NCBI GenBank assembly: GCA_028280805.1
Contig: JANQLB010000053.1
Location: 1,372 to 65,371, forward strand
DNA: 64,000 nucleotides
Reading direction: 5' to 3'
From: Tissierellales bacterium
Lineage (GTDB): Bacteria > Bacillota > Clostridia > Tissierellales > VENL01
The notes under the pieces were generated by a model. That model was not told the DNA's origin. It did not search any database and worked only from the letters and a program-made list of their open reading frames with translations. Each line of letters begins with the position of its first letter. The first letter of the stretch is position 1. Shown piece after piece: positions 41,052 through 51,666 of this stretch. A program made the translations under genes and the position numbers.

Positions 41052-41858
41052 TTATATAGTTATGTCTTTTTTCTGGTAAATAAAGTAGGTAAGAGCTATA
41101 CAGACAATATTTACTGACACCAAAACTATTATACTGTTTATATCTATTTGATTATTTAAAACTATATCTCCAGGTTTAAAGTATTCAAACGGACTTAAAT
41201 ATTTAAGAAATTCCATATTACTATTAATATCCGACATAACACCAAGGAAATAAGCTACAAAAACCACAATCATAGAAAAAGGTGTTATTTTCTTAGACTT
41301 TGTGATAAATACAGATATTAAAAAACCTATGGCTGAGAAAATCAGTTGAATAAACAATGGTGCTAAAGATATTAGAATAAAAGTTTTCATACTAAAGCTT
41401 TCTTCACTTACAAATTTGAAAGATATAAATATAACAATGGAAATTACAATGTTTAATATAATTATATTTGTTAGATAACATAAAAGCTTACTAGTTATAA
41501 CTTCTCTTCTGGATATAGGCTTTGAAAGAAGAAATTCAATAGTTTTATCTCCCTCTTCCTTTGACAATATTCCCGAGGAAAGAATCATGACATAAATACT
41601 TCCCATTAATCCAAAAATAAGAAAACCTTGAAGTGAATAATATCCAAATAAATCTCCCATTGAAAGGTCATCTAAATTAAACATAGCAATTACTGGTTTC
41701 GGTAGAGTTTCAATCATTTGTTCGTACATTTGTATATCCTTTGAAATAGAAGGGTAAAATGCCATTACCATTATTAATAGTGTAGAAATTATTACAGTCC
41801 ATATTAATAATTCTTTTTTATTTCTATTAAATTCTCTTAGATATAAATTCATATTCAT
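41052..41858 (-). CDS. ABC-2-type exporter permease
   Basis: KEEGDKTIEFLLSKPISR, YLSPFEY, KKDI C-terminus; ATG 41858 follows AAGGGG. Confidence 0.85.
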   Translation of the reverse strand: MNMNLYLREFNRNKKELLIWTVIISTLLIMVMAFYPSISKDIQMYEQMIETLPKPVIAMFNLDDLSMGDLFGYYSLQGFLIFGLMGSIYVMILSSGILSKEEGDKTIEFLLSKPISRREVITSKLLCYLTNIIILNIVISIVIFISFKFVSEESFSMKTFILISLAPLFIQLIFSAIGFLISVFITKSKKITPFSMIVVFVAYFLGVMSDINSNMEFLKYLSPFEYFKPGDIVLNNQIDINSIIVLVSVNIVCIALTYFIYQKKDITI

Positions 41859-41859
41859 T

Positions 41860-42744
41860 TTATTTTTCCCCTTTTTTATAATAATGTATAAACATTTCTT
41901 CAAGAGAAGGATCTTCTATGTTAACATCATTTACATCTTTGTTTGCAATACTTGCAAATAAGCTGTTAATATTGCCATTATATAAGAACCTGACATTTTT
42001 ATCTGTTTTTTCTTTATCAATTATACCCTCTATATCTAAATCAGCATCTTTACTGTTTTTGAATTCAATTTTAATGTTCTTAAATTTATTCTTTCTTAAT
42101 TCTTCTATGTCTTCGACCTTTAATATTTTTCCCTCTTTTATAATTGCAACCCTATCGCACATCTTTTGAACTTCACTTAGTATATGAGAAGAAAAGAATA
42201 TAGTAACTCCTCTTTTATTTTCCTCATTGATAAGCTCAAAAAATGTATTCTGAACAAGCGGATCCAGTCCTCCGGTTGGCTCATCAAGTATTAGTAATTT
42301 TGGTTTATGGAGCATAGCTTGAATTATAGCTGTTTTCTTTTTATTTCCGGTAGATAAGTCTTCTATTTTCTTATTTAACTCCAGGTCTAATATATCTGCT
42401 AATTCATTTATTCTCTTGGTGTAATCTCCTGTATAAAACTTCCCGGAATACTCTAATAAGTCTTTTACCTTCATATCATCATAATAATTTACTTCTGAAG
42501 GAAGATAGCCGATATCTTTTCTAATCATCTTTGAGTCTTTAATACAATCCATTCCAAATATTTTTGCTTCTCCTTTAGTTGGAAATATAAGATTTAATAA
42601 TGTACGTATTGTTGTTGATTTTCCAGATCCATTAGGTCCAATAAATCCAAATATCTCTCCTTGATTAACCTCTAAGTTTACGTCAATAATTCCTCTTGAT
42701 TTGCCATAATACTTGGTAAGGTTTAAAGTTTCAATTATCTTCAT
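41860..42744 (-). CDS. ABC exporter ATP-binding protein
   Basis: GPNGSGKST, LSTGNKKK, LDEPT.GLDP, SSH. Confidence 0.9.
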   Translation of the reverse strand: MKIIETLNLTKYYGKSRGIIDVNLEVNQGEIFGFIGPNGSGKSTTIRTLLNLIFPTKGEAKIFGMDCIKDSKMIRKDIGYLPSEVNYYDDMKVKDLLEYSGKFYTGDYTKRINELADILDLELNKKIEDLSTGNKKKTAIIQAMLHKPKLLILDEPTGGLDPLVQNTFFELINEENKRGVTIFFSSHILSEVQKMCDRVAIIKEGKILKVEDIEELRKNKFKNIKIEFKNSKDADLDIEGIIDKEKTDKNVRFLYNGNINSLFASIANKDVNDVNIEDPSLEEMFIHYYKKGEK

Positions 42745-42852
42745 TTGAATTACCCCCTTTGGCTACTTGCATATTTATTAATTATGCTATCATTAATGGA
42801 CAATATATTCAATAATAAAAAATAAAAGCACCTAAATTTAGGTGCAGTTTTT

Positions 42853-43392
42853 CTAAAATATAAGATTCATTAAATATGAATGGGTAAATATAGACGTAAC
42901 ACTTCCTATAATAACACCAACTAAAACATCAGATGGATAATGTACTGCAAGATATATCCTTGAGATACCTACTAATAATGCTAAAAGCATAAGTGGAATC
43001 ATCAATTGAGGTATGTTTAAACAAAGAATAGTTGCTATCGAAAAACTTGCTGCTGTATGTCCTGATGGAAATGAATAATCCTTTAGTTCTAAATTAAAGG
43101 TATTTATATTTTCTAAAATATTATAAGGTCTTTCCCTTGAAACTATCTTTTTAATTATATGAACCAATAATGTAGTAGCTGATAAAGCTGTAAGAACTTC
43201 AAATCCTAAGTGTCTAACATGACTTTTTCCAAAAGCAATCAATGCTAAGCATAAGCTTACAGTAAATATAACACCTCCTAATTGTGTTATATAAATCATA
43301 AGTTTATCTAAGACCTTACATTTCATATTAGTATTTAGTAAATAAAAAAGCTTCTTATCACTAAGAGTAAAAGCTCTTGTTAATGTTCTCAT
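42853..43392 (-). CDS. PAP2-family phosphatase (BcrC/YodM-like)
   Basis: K....RERP, SFPSGH, SRIYLAVHYPSD. Confidence 0.9.
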   Translation of the reverse strand: MRTLTRAFTLSDKKLFYLLNTNMKCKVLDKLMIYITQLGGVIFTVSLCLALIAFGKSHVRHLGFEVLTALSATTLLVHIIKKIVSRERPYNILENINTFNLELKDYSFPSGHTAASFSIATILCLNIPQLMIPLMLLALLVGISRIYLAVHYPSDVLVGVIIGSVTSIFTHSYLMNLIF

Positions 43393-43668
43393 ATTTCATC
43401 ACCCTTTACATTCTATACTTCCCTTATATTTATTTTATTTTCTTTTTGTTAAATTATGATAATTTAAAAGTTATAATCATGTAAAAACTAATAAGAAATA
43501 CACTAAATACTATTAATTCTATTATTTTAACCTTATAATATTATATCATAAAGTATAGTTGTACTACTACAAAAAGTTTAACTATATTTTTAAAATTAAA
43601 TTGTATTATAAAAAATGAAGTAAAACAAAATAATTATTTTGCTTCGTTTTTTTATTTGTTTAATTCAA

Positions 43669-44448
43669 CTAAAAATGACCTAAAATCCCTTTTTCCATCA
43701 CTTTAGACTCACAGATTTTATATATTATGCATCCTAATGTTAGATATAATATTCCAACACCTGTTAATTTGAGCATCTCAAATGATGAAAAATCTAAAAT
43801 ATTTTCTCCGTATATGGTAATTCTTCTAATCATACTTGCTCCTAAAGAACCCGGTAATAATCTAAGTATAGGAAATCTGTTTACAGGTACTGCAACAAGT
43901 CCTACTATTAAGAACTGTACTATCTGCATGTATGATCCTACTTTCTTAAATATTAAAGACAGTCCTCCTAACATTAATCCGATTCCCAAAATACTTAAGC
44001 CGGTTAAAATTAGCAGAGGTATCAATGAAATTATATCAATGTTAAGAAAAACTTTTGTAGTAGCCATAGTTAAAATTAAAATAATACCGGTAAATATAAA
44101 ATTAAAAAACATTGATATTACAGATTTTATAATTATTAACAATGTGAAAGGGTAAGCAGACATGTAGAGCTGCTCTAATGTACCTCTTTTATTTTCCTCA
44201 GTAATTGTATTCTTCACATCTTGATATGAAAACATTAAAAAATTCCAAAGTACAAACCCTACTACGAGATTTTCAAGTGTATCTCCGGTATCAATATTCA
44301 TACCTGAAACGCCTTTATATCCGGAGAATAATAATAAAAATATTACATATACAGTTAATATTCCTCCAATAGTGTTAAACAAGTATCTTTTGAATTCAAT
44401 TATTTCTTTTTTCATTAAACCTTTTGTTAATATCCAAACACTAGGCAC
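43669..44448 (-). CDS. ABC-2-type exporter permease
   Basis: EE.KRGTLEQL, about 6 TMs; probable GTG start at 44448. Confidence 0.82.
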   Translation of the reverse strand: MPSVWILTKGLMKKEIIEFKRYLFNTIGGILTVYVIFLLLFSGYKGVSGMNIDTGDTLENLVVGFVLWNFLMFSYQDVKNTITEENKRGTLEQLYMSAYPFTLLIIIKSVISMFFNFIFTGIILILTMATTKVFLNIDIISLIPLLILTGLSILGIGLMLGGLSLIFKKVGSYMQIVQFLIVGLVAVPVNRFPILRLLPGSLGASMIRRITIYGENILDFSSFEMLKLTGVGILYLTLGCIIYKICESKVMEKGILGHF

Positions 44449-45409
44449 TTTCCTCACTCCCTCCAATTATCTTAACAAATACTTTCTCAAAGTTTAGCTC
44501 TTTGTTTTCTATGTTCTTAATAATACTATCTTCTTTGCTCAATATTCTTGTAACATCGTAAAAAATTTGAGGATTTTCTAAAGTTATGATTATTTCAGTT
44601 TCTAATTCTTTTTCTTCAATATCTAAGTAAGGTATCATTTTGAATTCTTTCTTTTGCTCTGGAGAAATCTTACCTTCTACAACAAAATTATATTTCTTCA
44701 TACTGAACAGCCTTAATAAATTTTTTGTTTTATCCTCAGCTACAATCTTTCCTTTATTCATTATGATAACTCTATCACATGTATCCTGAACTACATTCAT
44801 ATCATGAGTTGTTAAAATTATTGTTTTATTTTCTTCTTTTACAATTTCTTTAAGCAATTTTCTTATATTATAAGAAGCTTTTACATCTAATCCTAAGGTA
44901 GGTTCATCTAACAAGATGATATTACATCCGTTTACCATTGCTGTAGCAATTGATAGTTTCTGCTGCATACCTCTGGATAAGTTTCTTGCAGCCTCATTTT
45001 CTTTTTCTTTAAGGTCAAAAAATTCTATATAGTATTGTATTTTATCTCTTATTTTCTTTGGATTATGACCTTTTAACGAAGCAAAAAATTCTAAATTTTC
45101 TCTGACAGTAAGCCGCCAAAATATATTCCTGTTTCCCTCAAATACCGCACTAATATTTCTTAAAGATTTACTTCTGCTTTTATTGCTGTCTACACCTTCT
45201 ATAAATATTTTTCCATTTGTCGCCTTTATCAGACTACATATCATCTTTATAGTTGTAGTTTTACCAGCTCCATTGGGACCTAAAAATCCTAATACTTCTC
45301 CTTTGTAAGCCTCAAATGAAATGTTATTAACCGCATTTACAGCTTGTTGTTTTTTAACTGAATATTTTTTTGTTAATCCGATTACTTTTAAAACACAATC
45401 TCTATTCAT
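44441..45409 (-). CDS. ABC exporter ATP-binding protein
   Basis: GPNGAGKTT, LSRGMQQK, LDEPTLGLD. Confidence 0.9.
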   Translation of the reverse strand: MNRDCVLKVIGLTKKYSVKKQQAVNAVNNISFEAYKGEVLGFLGPNGAGKTTTIKMICSLIKATNGKIFIEGVDSNKSRSKSLRNISAVFEGNRNIFWRLTVRENLEFFASLKGHNPKKIRDKIQYYIEFFDLKEKENEAARNLSRGMQQKLSIATAMVNGCNIILLDEPTLGLDVKASYNIRKLLKEIVKEENKTIILTTHDMNVVQDTCDRVIIMNKGKIVAEDKTKNLLRLFSMKKYNFVVEGKISPEQKKEFKMIPYLDIEEKELETEIIITLENPQIFYDVTRILSKEDSIIKNIENKELNFEKVFVKIIGGSEESA

Positions 45410-45533
45410 GATTCTACCTCCTTTTAACCATATTTATAGTTTAATTATATCTATAAATAAATGTTTTTCAATCTTACAAAGGTAACTCTTTTAACAATAA
45501 AAAAACAATGGAGTTACACACCATTGTATGACT

Positions 45534-46202
45534 TTAGTCATATGACTTTTCATTAATATACACAGCTAACTGCGTTCTGTTTTCCAGTTCAAGTTTTGCC
45601 AATATTTTTGTTAAATAATTCTTTACAGTACCTTCAGTAATATATAGTGCTTTACTGATTTCTTTATTACTTTTGCCCTTTGAAACTAATATTGATATTT
45701 CTACTTCTCTGGGAGTTAAATTTTCATATTTTCCTCTTATCATTAGAGTATCTTCTTTTTTATGAGAAGGTTCATCAAAATTTTTAAAAGCTTTAACAAC
45801 CTTATTGGCTATCTCTGGCTGCAGTAAAGTATTTCCCTGATAAACGGACTTGATTCCTTTTATAATTTCATCTGATTTTATATCTTTTAGTATATAACCG
45901 TCAGCACCATTTTTAAGTCCCTCAAATATATACTCATCTTCATTAAACGTAGTCAGGATTATTATTTTAATGTGCGGATATACGTCTTTTATAAGCTTAA
46001 TGCTTTCTACTCCATCCATTACAGGCATTCTTATATCCATTAAAATTACATCCGGATTTTCTTGTTTTAACGATTCAAACGCTTCTTTACCGTTTGATGC
46101 TTCCATTATAACTTCAATCTCATTACTTAAACTTAATATCATTTTAAGACCTTCACGAATAAGTGCCTGATCATCTACAATCATTACTTTTATTTTATTC
46201 AT
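45534..46202 (-). CDS. NarL/LuxR-family response regulator
   Basis: VDDQ, MDIRMP, LTTF, LTPRE...SNKEI...EGTVKN. Confidence 0.93.
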   Translation of the reverse strand: MNKIKVMIVDDQALIREGLKMILSLSNEIEVIMEASNGKEAFESLKQENPDVILMDIRMPVMDGVESIKLIKDVYPHIKIIILTTFNEDEYIFEGLKNGADGYILKDIKSDEIIKGIKSVYQGNTLLQPEIANKVVKAFKNFDEPSHKKEDTLMIRGKYENLTPREVEISILVSKGKSNKEISKALYITEGTVKNYLTKILAKLELENRTQLAVYINEKSYD

Positions 46203-47400
46203 ATTTATTATTCACTCCCATAACTTTAAGAGGTATTGATACATTAATTTCAAATCCTTTGTTTCTTACTGACTGATACTTTATTATTCCCTTTACACTA
46301 TTGATTCTTTCCTCTATACCCTTTAATCCGTGACCTTTAGATATTTGTCTGCATCCTCTGCCGTTATCTTTCATTTTTAGAGTTAAAATCTCATCTTCAC
46401 TCTGAATAAATATAAAAAATCTAGTCCCTTGACCATGTTTTATACTGTTTGTAAGTGCTTCCTGAATTGTTTTAAATATTATGTTTTTTATATTTAGAGA
46501 TAAATTTTTAATTTCTCCGTTTATATCTAATTTTACATCAACTTCTTGGTTTATAGTTAAATTATTTATTAATTCATGTATCAAATCTAATAAGTTAATT
46601 GCCTTTTCACTGTCCTTTAAAGTATATACTGCATCTCTCAATTCATTCATACTATCTCTGGCTAATTTTTGAGCTTTTATTATCAGCTCCATACTTTCTT
46701 CCGGGTTTTTGTCAAAAACCTTTTCCATATAATCGAGATTCATAATAAGTGCAGTTAAAAAGTGACCCAGAGAATCATGTATTTCTTGTGCTACTCTGTT
46801 TCTTTCTTTTGTGATAGTCAGATCTTCAATTTGTTTTGAAAATTCCTGCAGTTTAACATATGATTCCTTTAAGTCTTTGTTTAATTTTTCTGCTTTTCTT
46901 TTTTCTTCACTTTGATATTCATAGACATAAACTAAAATTGTATAAGCAGCTATCCCACATGCTCCTAATAACAAATCTATACCGTTATCTAACCAGAAAT
47001 CCCTTCTAAGAATTCTCTGTATATTAAAGTCATTTAAAAGAGTAACGGCTAAAAAAAATAAGATGTGTAATATTAGAAATATTTTTCTTATTTTTCTCTC
47101 TAAATAAATAACTATCTCATATATTAAAATAATCATGTAAATACTGGTATAACCTCTAGCTAAAAATACTAAAGTTCCTCCACATATTATTGAAAATAAA
47201 AGCGATATTTTATAGTGGTGAGTTTCATAGTATAAAAGATTATGTCTGATATAATCATTTATCAGTATGATAATAAATATACCCAGATAAATTGACATAT
47301 GGTTTAGAGAAGTTTGATGATTAATAATTATATTTAGACAGAGAACTCCCATAGTAATATTTCTTAATATATCATTATATTTTAATAAATAGTTATTCAT
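46195..47400 (-). CDS. Intramembrane sensor histidine kinase (HisKA_3)
   Basis: ERNRVAQEIHDSLGH, QEALTNSIKH, DNG.G, G.GL.GI.ER. Confidence 0.92.
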   Translation of the reverse strand: MNNYLLKYNDILRNITMGVLCLNIIINHQTSLNHMSIYLGIFIIILINDYIRHNLLYYETHHYKISLLFSIICGGTLVFLARGYTSIYMIILIYEIVIYLERKIRKIFLILHILFFLAVTLLNDFNIQRILRRDFWLDNGIDLLLGACGIAAYTILVYVYEYQSEEKRKAEKLNKDLKESYVKLQEFSKQIEDLTITKERNRVAQEIHDSLGHFLTALIMNLDYMEKVFDKNPEESMELIIKAQKLARDSMNELRDAVYTLKDSEKAINLLDLIHELINNLTINQEVDVKLDINGEIKNLSLNIKNIIFKTIQEALTNSIKHGQGTRFFIFIQSEDEILTLKMKDNGRGCRQISKGHGLKGIEERINSVKGIIKYQSVRNKGFEINVSIPLKVMGVNNKYE

Positions 47401-47539
47401 AATTATTTACTCCGTTATACTTAAAGTTGGATAAGTTAATTTATAATTATTATATCATATACAAAAAATTTTTATGATTAATACTCTATTTTTGTGGTAT
47501 TAAGTTATTATAATATTGTAATTTACAGGAGGTATAGTT

Positions 47540-49054
47540 ATGGAAAAAAAGGTAAGTGTAGTAGGAGCAGGTCCCGGTGGTCTAACTGCAGGCATGCTGT
47601 TATCCAGTCAAGGCTATGAAGTAGAAATATTTGAAAAACAAAACTTTATAGGCGGAAGAACTTCAACCTTCGATATGGATGGATTTAAATTTGATTTAGG
47701 TCCTACATTCTTAATGATGAAAAATGTTTTAGAAGATGTGTTTACAAAAAGTGGAAGAAATATAGAAGATTATTTAGAGATAAAAGCAATTGACCCTTTA
47801 TATAGAATCGTATATGCAGATAAAAAAGAATTCTACCCTTCTACAAAGAAAAATAAAATGATAAATGAACTTAATAGAATATTCCCGGGTAATGAAACAA
47901 ATTATATCAGATTTATGGAAAAGGAAAAGATAAAGTTTGATGTACTTTTTGATTGTTTAAAAGAAACATATATTTATCCCAAAGACTTTTTTAAAAAAGA
48001 ACTATTAAAGGCGTTTCCTTATTTAGGGATCAGAAAGTCTCTCTTTGGTATACTTGGAGATTATTTTAAGGAAGATGATTTAAAAATGGCATTTACATTT
48101 CAGGCCAAATATCTTGGAATGTCTCCTTGGAACTGTCCGGGAGGATATAGTATTATTTCATATATAGAACATGCAGATGGTGTACACCATATAATGGGTG
48201 GTTTCGGTGAGATTACAAAGGCTATGTCTAAGATTATTACAGAAGAAGGCGGTAAAATACACTTAAACTCTCCTGTTAAAGAACTGGTAATAGAAAATAA
48301 CAAAACGGTTGGTATTAAACTTGAAGATGAGACTATACATCATAGTGATTATACAGTAATAAATGCAGATTTTGCACATGCAATGAATAATATTGTGAAA
48401 GATGAACATAAGAAAAAATATACTAAGAAAAAGCTGGAAAAGAAGAAATATTCCTGTTCAACATTTATGATATTCTTAGGAGTAGATAAAGTGTACGATA
48501 TACCTCATCACAATATCATCTTTTCTAATGATTATAAGAATAATGTTGAAGAAATATCTGATAAAAAAGTCTTATCGGAAGATCCTTCAATATATGTTCA
48601 AAATTCAGTAGTTACAGATAAAAATTTAGCCCCTGAAGGTAAATCATCACTATATATATTAGTTCCCGTTCCAAATAATACAAGTAATATTGATTGGTTT
48701 AGTGAAAGTGATAAGTTTAGAGATAAAATACTCGATACTCTTGAAACAAGAGGCGGTCTTCATAATCTACGTGATCATATAGTAACTGAAAGAGTACTCA
48801 CTCCAGCATATTGGGAAGATGATATGTCTGTTTATAAAGGAGCAGTTTTTAACTTAGCACACAATATATCACAAATGTTATTTTTTAGACCTCACAATCA
48901 ATTTGAGGAGTTCGATAATTGTTATTTAGTTGGAGGAGGAACTCATCCCGGAAGTGGTTTACCTACAATTTTTGAATCAGGCAGAATTACTTGTGACTTA
49001 ATTATGGATAGAGACAAAATAAAAGATAAATCTTTTGAAAAAGCTTCAATATAA
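47540..49054 (+). CDS. Phytoene desaturase family (CrtI/CrtN-like) FAD oxidoreductase
   Basis: VGAGPGG, FDLGPTF, YLGMSP, LVPVP, LVGGGTHPGSGLP. Confidence 0.88.
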   Translation: MEKKVSVVGAGPGGLTAGMLLSSQGYEVEIFEKQNFIGGRTSTFDMDGFKFDLGPTFLMMKNVLEDVFTKSGRNIEDYLEIKAIDPLYRIVYADKKEFYPSTKKNKMINELNRIFPGNETNYIRFMEKEKIKFDVLFDCLKETYIYPKDFFKKELLKAFPYLGIRKSLFGILGDYFKEDDLKMAFTFQAKYLGMSPWNCPGGYSIISYIEHADGVHHIMGGFGEITKAMSKIITEEGGKIHLNSPVKELVIENNKTVGIKLEDETIHHSDYTVINADFAHAMNNIVKDEHKKKYTKKKLEKKKYSCSTFMIFLGVDKVYDIPHHNIIFSNDYKNNVEEISDKKVLSEDPSIYVQNSVVTDKNLAPEGKSSLYILVPVPNNTSNIDWFSESDKFRDKILDTLETRGGLHNLRDHIVTERVLTPAYWEDDMSVYKGAVFNLAHNISQMLFFRPHNQFEEFDNCYLVGGGTHPGSGLPTIFESGRITCDLIMDRDKIKDKSFEKASI

Positions 49055-49084
49055 AATTTTATTTTTTCTTTAAAATGAAGGTAA

Positions 49085-49118
49085 AAAAGCGTAAACAGTA
49101 TTGCTTGTTTACGCTTTT
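49085..49118. terminator. Bidirectional terminator
   Basis: AAAAGCGTAAACA...TGTTTACGCTTTT between convergent genes. Confidence 0.75.
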
Positions 49119-49125
49119 AATCAAT

Positions 49126-50298
49126 CTAATCATATTTAACCAACTTAACTCCTAATCCAAAGAACACCAGTCCCATTCCTAATAATACTATGGCAGGAGT
49201 TACTATTCCTTCAAAGCCTTCATTATAAACTGCTAAAGCTTTTACTCCTTGTATAGCCCACTTTTGAGGAGTTATATTAGCAAGCCCCAGTATTATATCA
49301 GAATTCACAATTTCAAGCGGCCACATAGTACCACCCAGCATTGCTGTACTTGTTAAAACTATCGGAGTTAAAGCTGAGAGCTGTGCATGATTTTTTACAA
49401 TCCCTGACAGGAACAATCCTAAGGACGTAACCGTAAAAATAAATACTATAAGGATTGTAGCCAAAGCTGCAAAATTTGAACCATAGTCTACACCAAACAA
49501 GAATTGACTAGCTGCAAACAGAATAACAATTTGAACTACACCTACTAAGAATGATACTACTAAATTTCCACCTAGCATTGAAGTTTTAGATATGGGAGAT
49601 ACCAGTATTCTCTGCCATGTTCTGTACTTCCTATCATTTAATATTTCTCCTATTGCAAAGACAATAGTATACATAGAAAAGAACAATGAAAACCCTATTA
49701 TACTATGAATTGTATTATCATAATATAACTCCGTATCTGCTTCTAATGTACTAACATTTATATTAATAGTTTTCTGGTATTTCCATCCTTTCACAGCATT
49801 ATCGTATGCTTTCTTAAATAATTCATCTTTGTTTGCATCTGTTATCTCACCAATATAGTCTGCGGTGTTTTGTGCTATCTTAATATTACTAATCATTTTG
49901 CTGGTTATACTATTCATAATGCTTTGCAAAACCATTATATCTCTATCGTTCTTAGTTTTTATAATCCCAAGAGTAGGAGTATTATTGTTATCAATACTTT
50001 CACCGAAATTCTCTTTAATAACGATAGCTGCCAAGGCACTACCTTTTCGTACTTCTTCTGTAGCTTTATCATAGGAAACTATTTTATAATTAAAGGTATC
50101 ACTGTTCACTAACTCATCAATAGCTTTTTGAGAATAAGCACTATCATCATTGTTAACTATTAAAACCATAGGTGTATAATCACTATTATAGGCAGAACTA
50201 AATATAAAAGCAAGAACCAAACTAAGTGCTGTCATTATTAGAAAAACATAATACTCACCCTTCAATTTTTTAAGTCTTAGCAGAATTATACTTAACAT
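49126..50298 (-). CDS. ABC exporter permease (LnrN/YfiN-like)
   Basis: Large extracytoplasmic loop, TWQRIL.SP, MLGGTMWP, PQKWA. Confidence 0.83.
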   Translation of the reverse strand: MLSIILLRLKKLKGEYYVFLIMTALSLVLAFIFSSAYNSDYTPMVLIVNNDDSAYSQKAIDELVNSDTFNYKIVSYDKATEEVRKGSALAAIVIKENFGESIDNNNTPTLGIIKTKNDRDIMVLQSIMNSITSKMISNIKIAQNTADYIGEITDANKDELFKKAYDNAVKGWKYQKTININVSTLEADTELYYDNTIHSIIGFSLFFSMYTIVFAIGEILNDRKYRTWQRILVSPISKTSMLGGNLVVSFLVGVVQIVILFAASQFLFGVDYGSNFAALATILIVFIFTVTSLGLFLSGIVKNHAQLSALTPIVLTSTAMLGGTMWPLEIVNSDIILGLANITPQKWAIQGVKALAVYNEGFEGIVTPAIVLLGMGLVFFGLGVKLVKYD

Positions 50299-51655
50299 TC
50301 TTTATTCCCCCTTCCGTATTTAATATATATACAGCAATTATTGTAAATACAACTCCCATACCAATCAATGATAAAAGGAAGGGAAGTATTTGAATTATAT
50401 TATCTCCCAGCATAACACTATTGTAAGCCTTAAGGGCCGCTCCATTAGGTATAAAATTACTTAAGTTGTGCATAAACTTTGGTAATACTTCTATAGGAAT
50501 ATAGCTTCCACCTATAAGAGCTAATAAGAATATTAAAATTGATGAAAAGGCATTTGCCATTTTGTAGTTCCCGCTTTTATAGCACATTGAAGCCAGCATA
50601 GTTCCAAGGCCTGCTATAGAGAATGTCGTGCATAATGTTATTAAAGCAACTAACCATTTATCTCCCCAGTCTACTCCTAATACGAGAGTAGAATATAATA
50701 TCATAACCAGTATTTGCATTAGTGTGAATGAAAAAATCGTAAAGTATTTTCCAATTGCAATTAGACTTTTTGGTATACCTGCCACTGTCATTCTGGCATA
50801 AGTTAAATTATCTTTTTCCTCTAAAAGAAGATATGCACCTTCTCCAGCAGCAAACAATATGAACATGGCTGTCATTGCTACAGCATAATATTCGATACTA
50901 GATAAAGGTTTCTGTTTATCCACATTTTCTTCTTCAATCTGTACCTTTGCTTCTTCTATAATGGTGTAAAAGCTCTGTATGATTTCCTCTGAATTAGACA
51001 ATGTCATCATATCAATGCCTTCATCTATTCCGGTTTCAAAATAAGTAACTTTACCTATTATAGAAATATCACTAGTTTCAGCAAAGCTATTCATAATACC
51101 TTCTATTATTTGACTGTGGATGTAGTTATCTGGATTGTTTATAATCTTAATATCTAACTCGTTTCTATATGGTAAAGGAAAAAAGTTGACATACATATTA
51201 TAAATAAAATCCTCAGGTAGTATCACTATGGATGAAATTTCATTGTTTCTTAAAAGCTCCTTAGCCTTTTCTAAATCTAATACTTGGTATTGCAGCATTT
51301 TTTTCATATCATTATTATCTAAAAATCCGTCAAAAAACATCTCTTCCGGATTAAATTCACCAGAAAAATTCTCCATGTAGGTCTCTAAGCCTTTTAACTG
51401 CTCTTGATTCATGTTCTGAAAGAGAAAATTATTATTTGGAAACTCCATAAATTTATCCTTCTCGTAAGCAAAATCATATTCTTTAACTACTGCAATTTTA
51501 ATAGCTCTCTTATCAGAGTCAGAACTAAATGTCCCTCCTAGTGCTGCTCCTAAAATAGTAGTTAAAATTATAGGCATTATTATCAATAATCCCAAAGTCT
51601 TTTTATCTGTTAATAATACCTTTAAATCCTTAAAAATTATATTAAATACTCTCAC
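50270..51655 (-). CDS. ABC exporter permease (LnrM/YfiM-like)
   Basis: MPIILT.ILG, YYAVAM, EEK...T..R, IGGSYIP. Confidence 0.83.
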   Translation of the reverse strand: MRVFNIIFKDLKVLLTDKKTLGLLIIMPIILTTILGAALGGTFSSDSDKRAIKIAVVKEYDFAYEKDKFMEFPNNNFLFQNMNQEQLKGLETYMENFSGEFNPEEMFFDGFLDNNDMKKMLQYQVLDLEKAKELLRNNEISSIVILPEDFIYNMYVNFFPLPYRNELDIKIINNPDNYIHSQIIEGIMNSFAETSDISIIGKVTYFETGIDEGIDMMTLSNSEEIIQSFYTIIEEAKVQIEEENVDKQKPLSSIEYYAVAMTAMFILFAAGEGAYLLLEEKDNLTYARMTVAGIPKSLIAIGKYFTIFSFTLMQILVMILYSTLVLGVDWGDKWLVALITLCTTFSIAGLGTMLASMCYKSGNYKMANAFSSILIFLLALIGGSYIPIEVLPKFMHNLSNFIPNGAALKAYNSVMLGDNIIQILPFLLSLIGMGVVFTIIAVYILNTEGGIKNVKYNSAKT

Positions 51656-51666
51656 AATAACACCTC

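Noticed and set aside
43393..47540. RiPP/bacteriocin cluster around the ABC-2 exporter and two-component system
   Set aside because: No modification enzyme or credible precursor ORF in the intergenic gaps.
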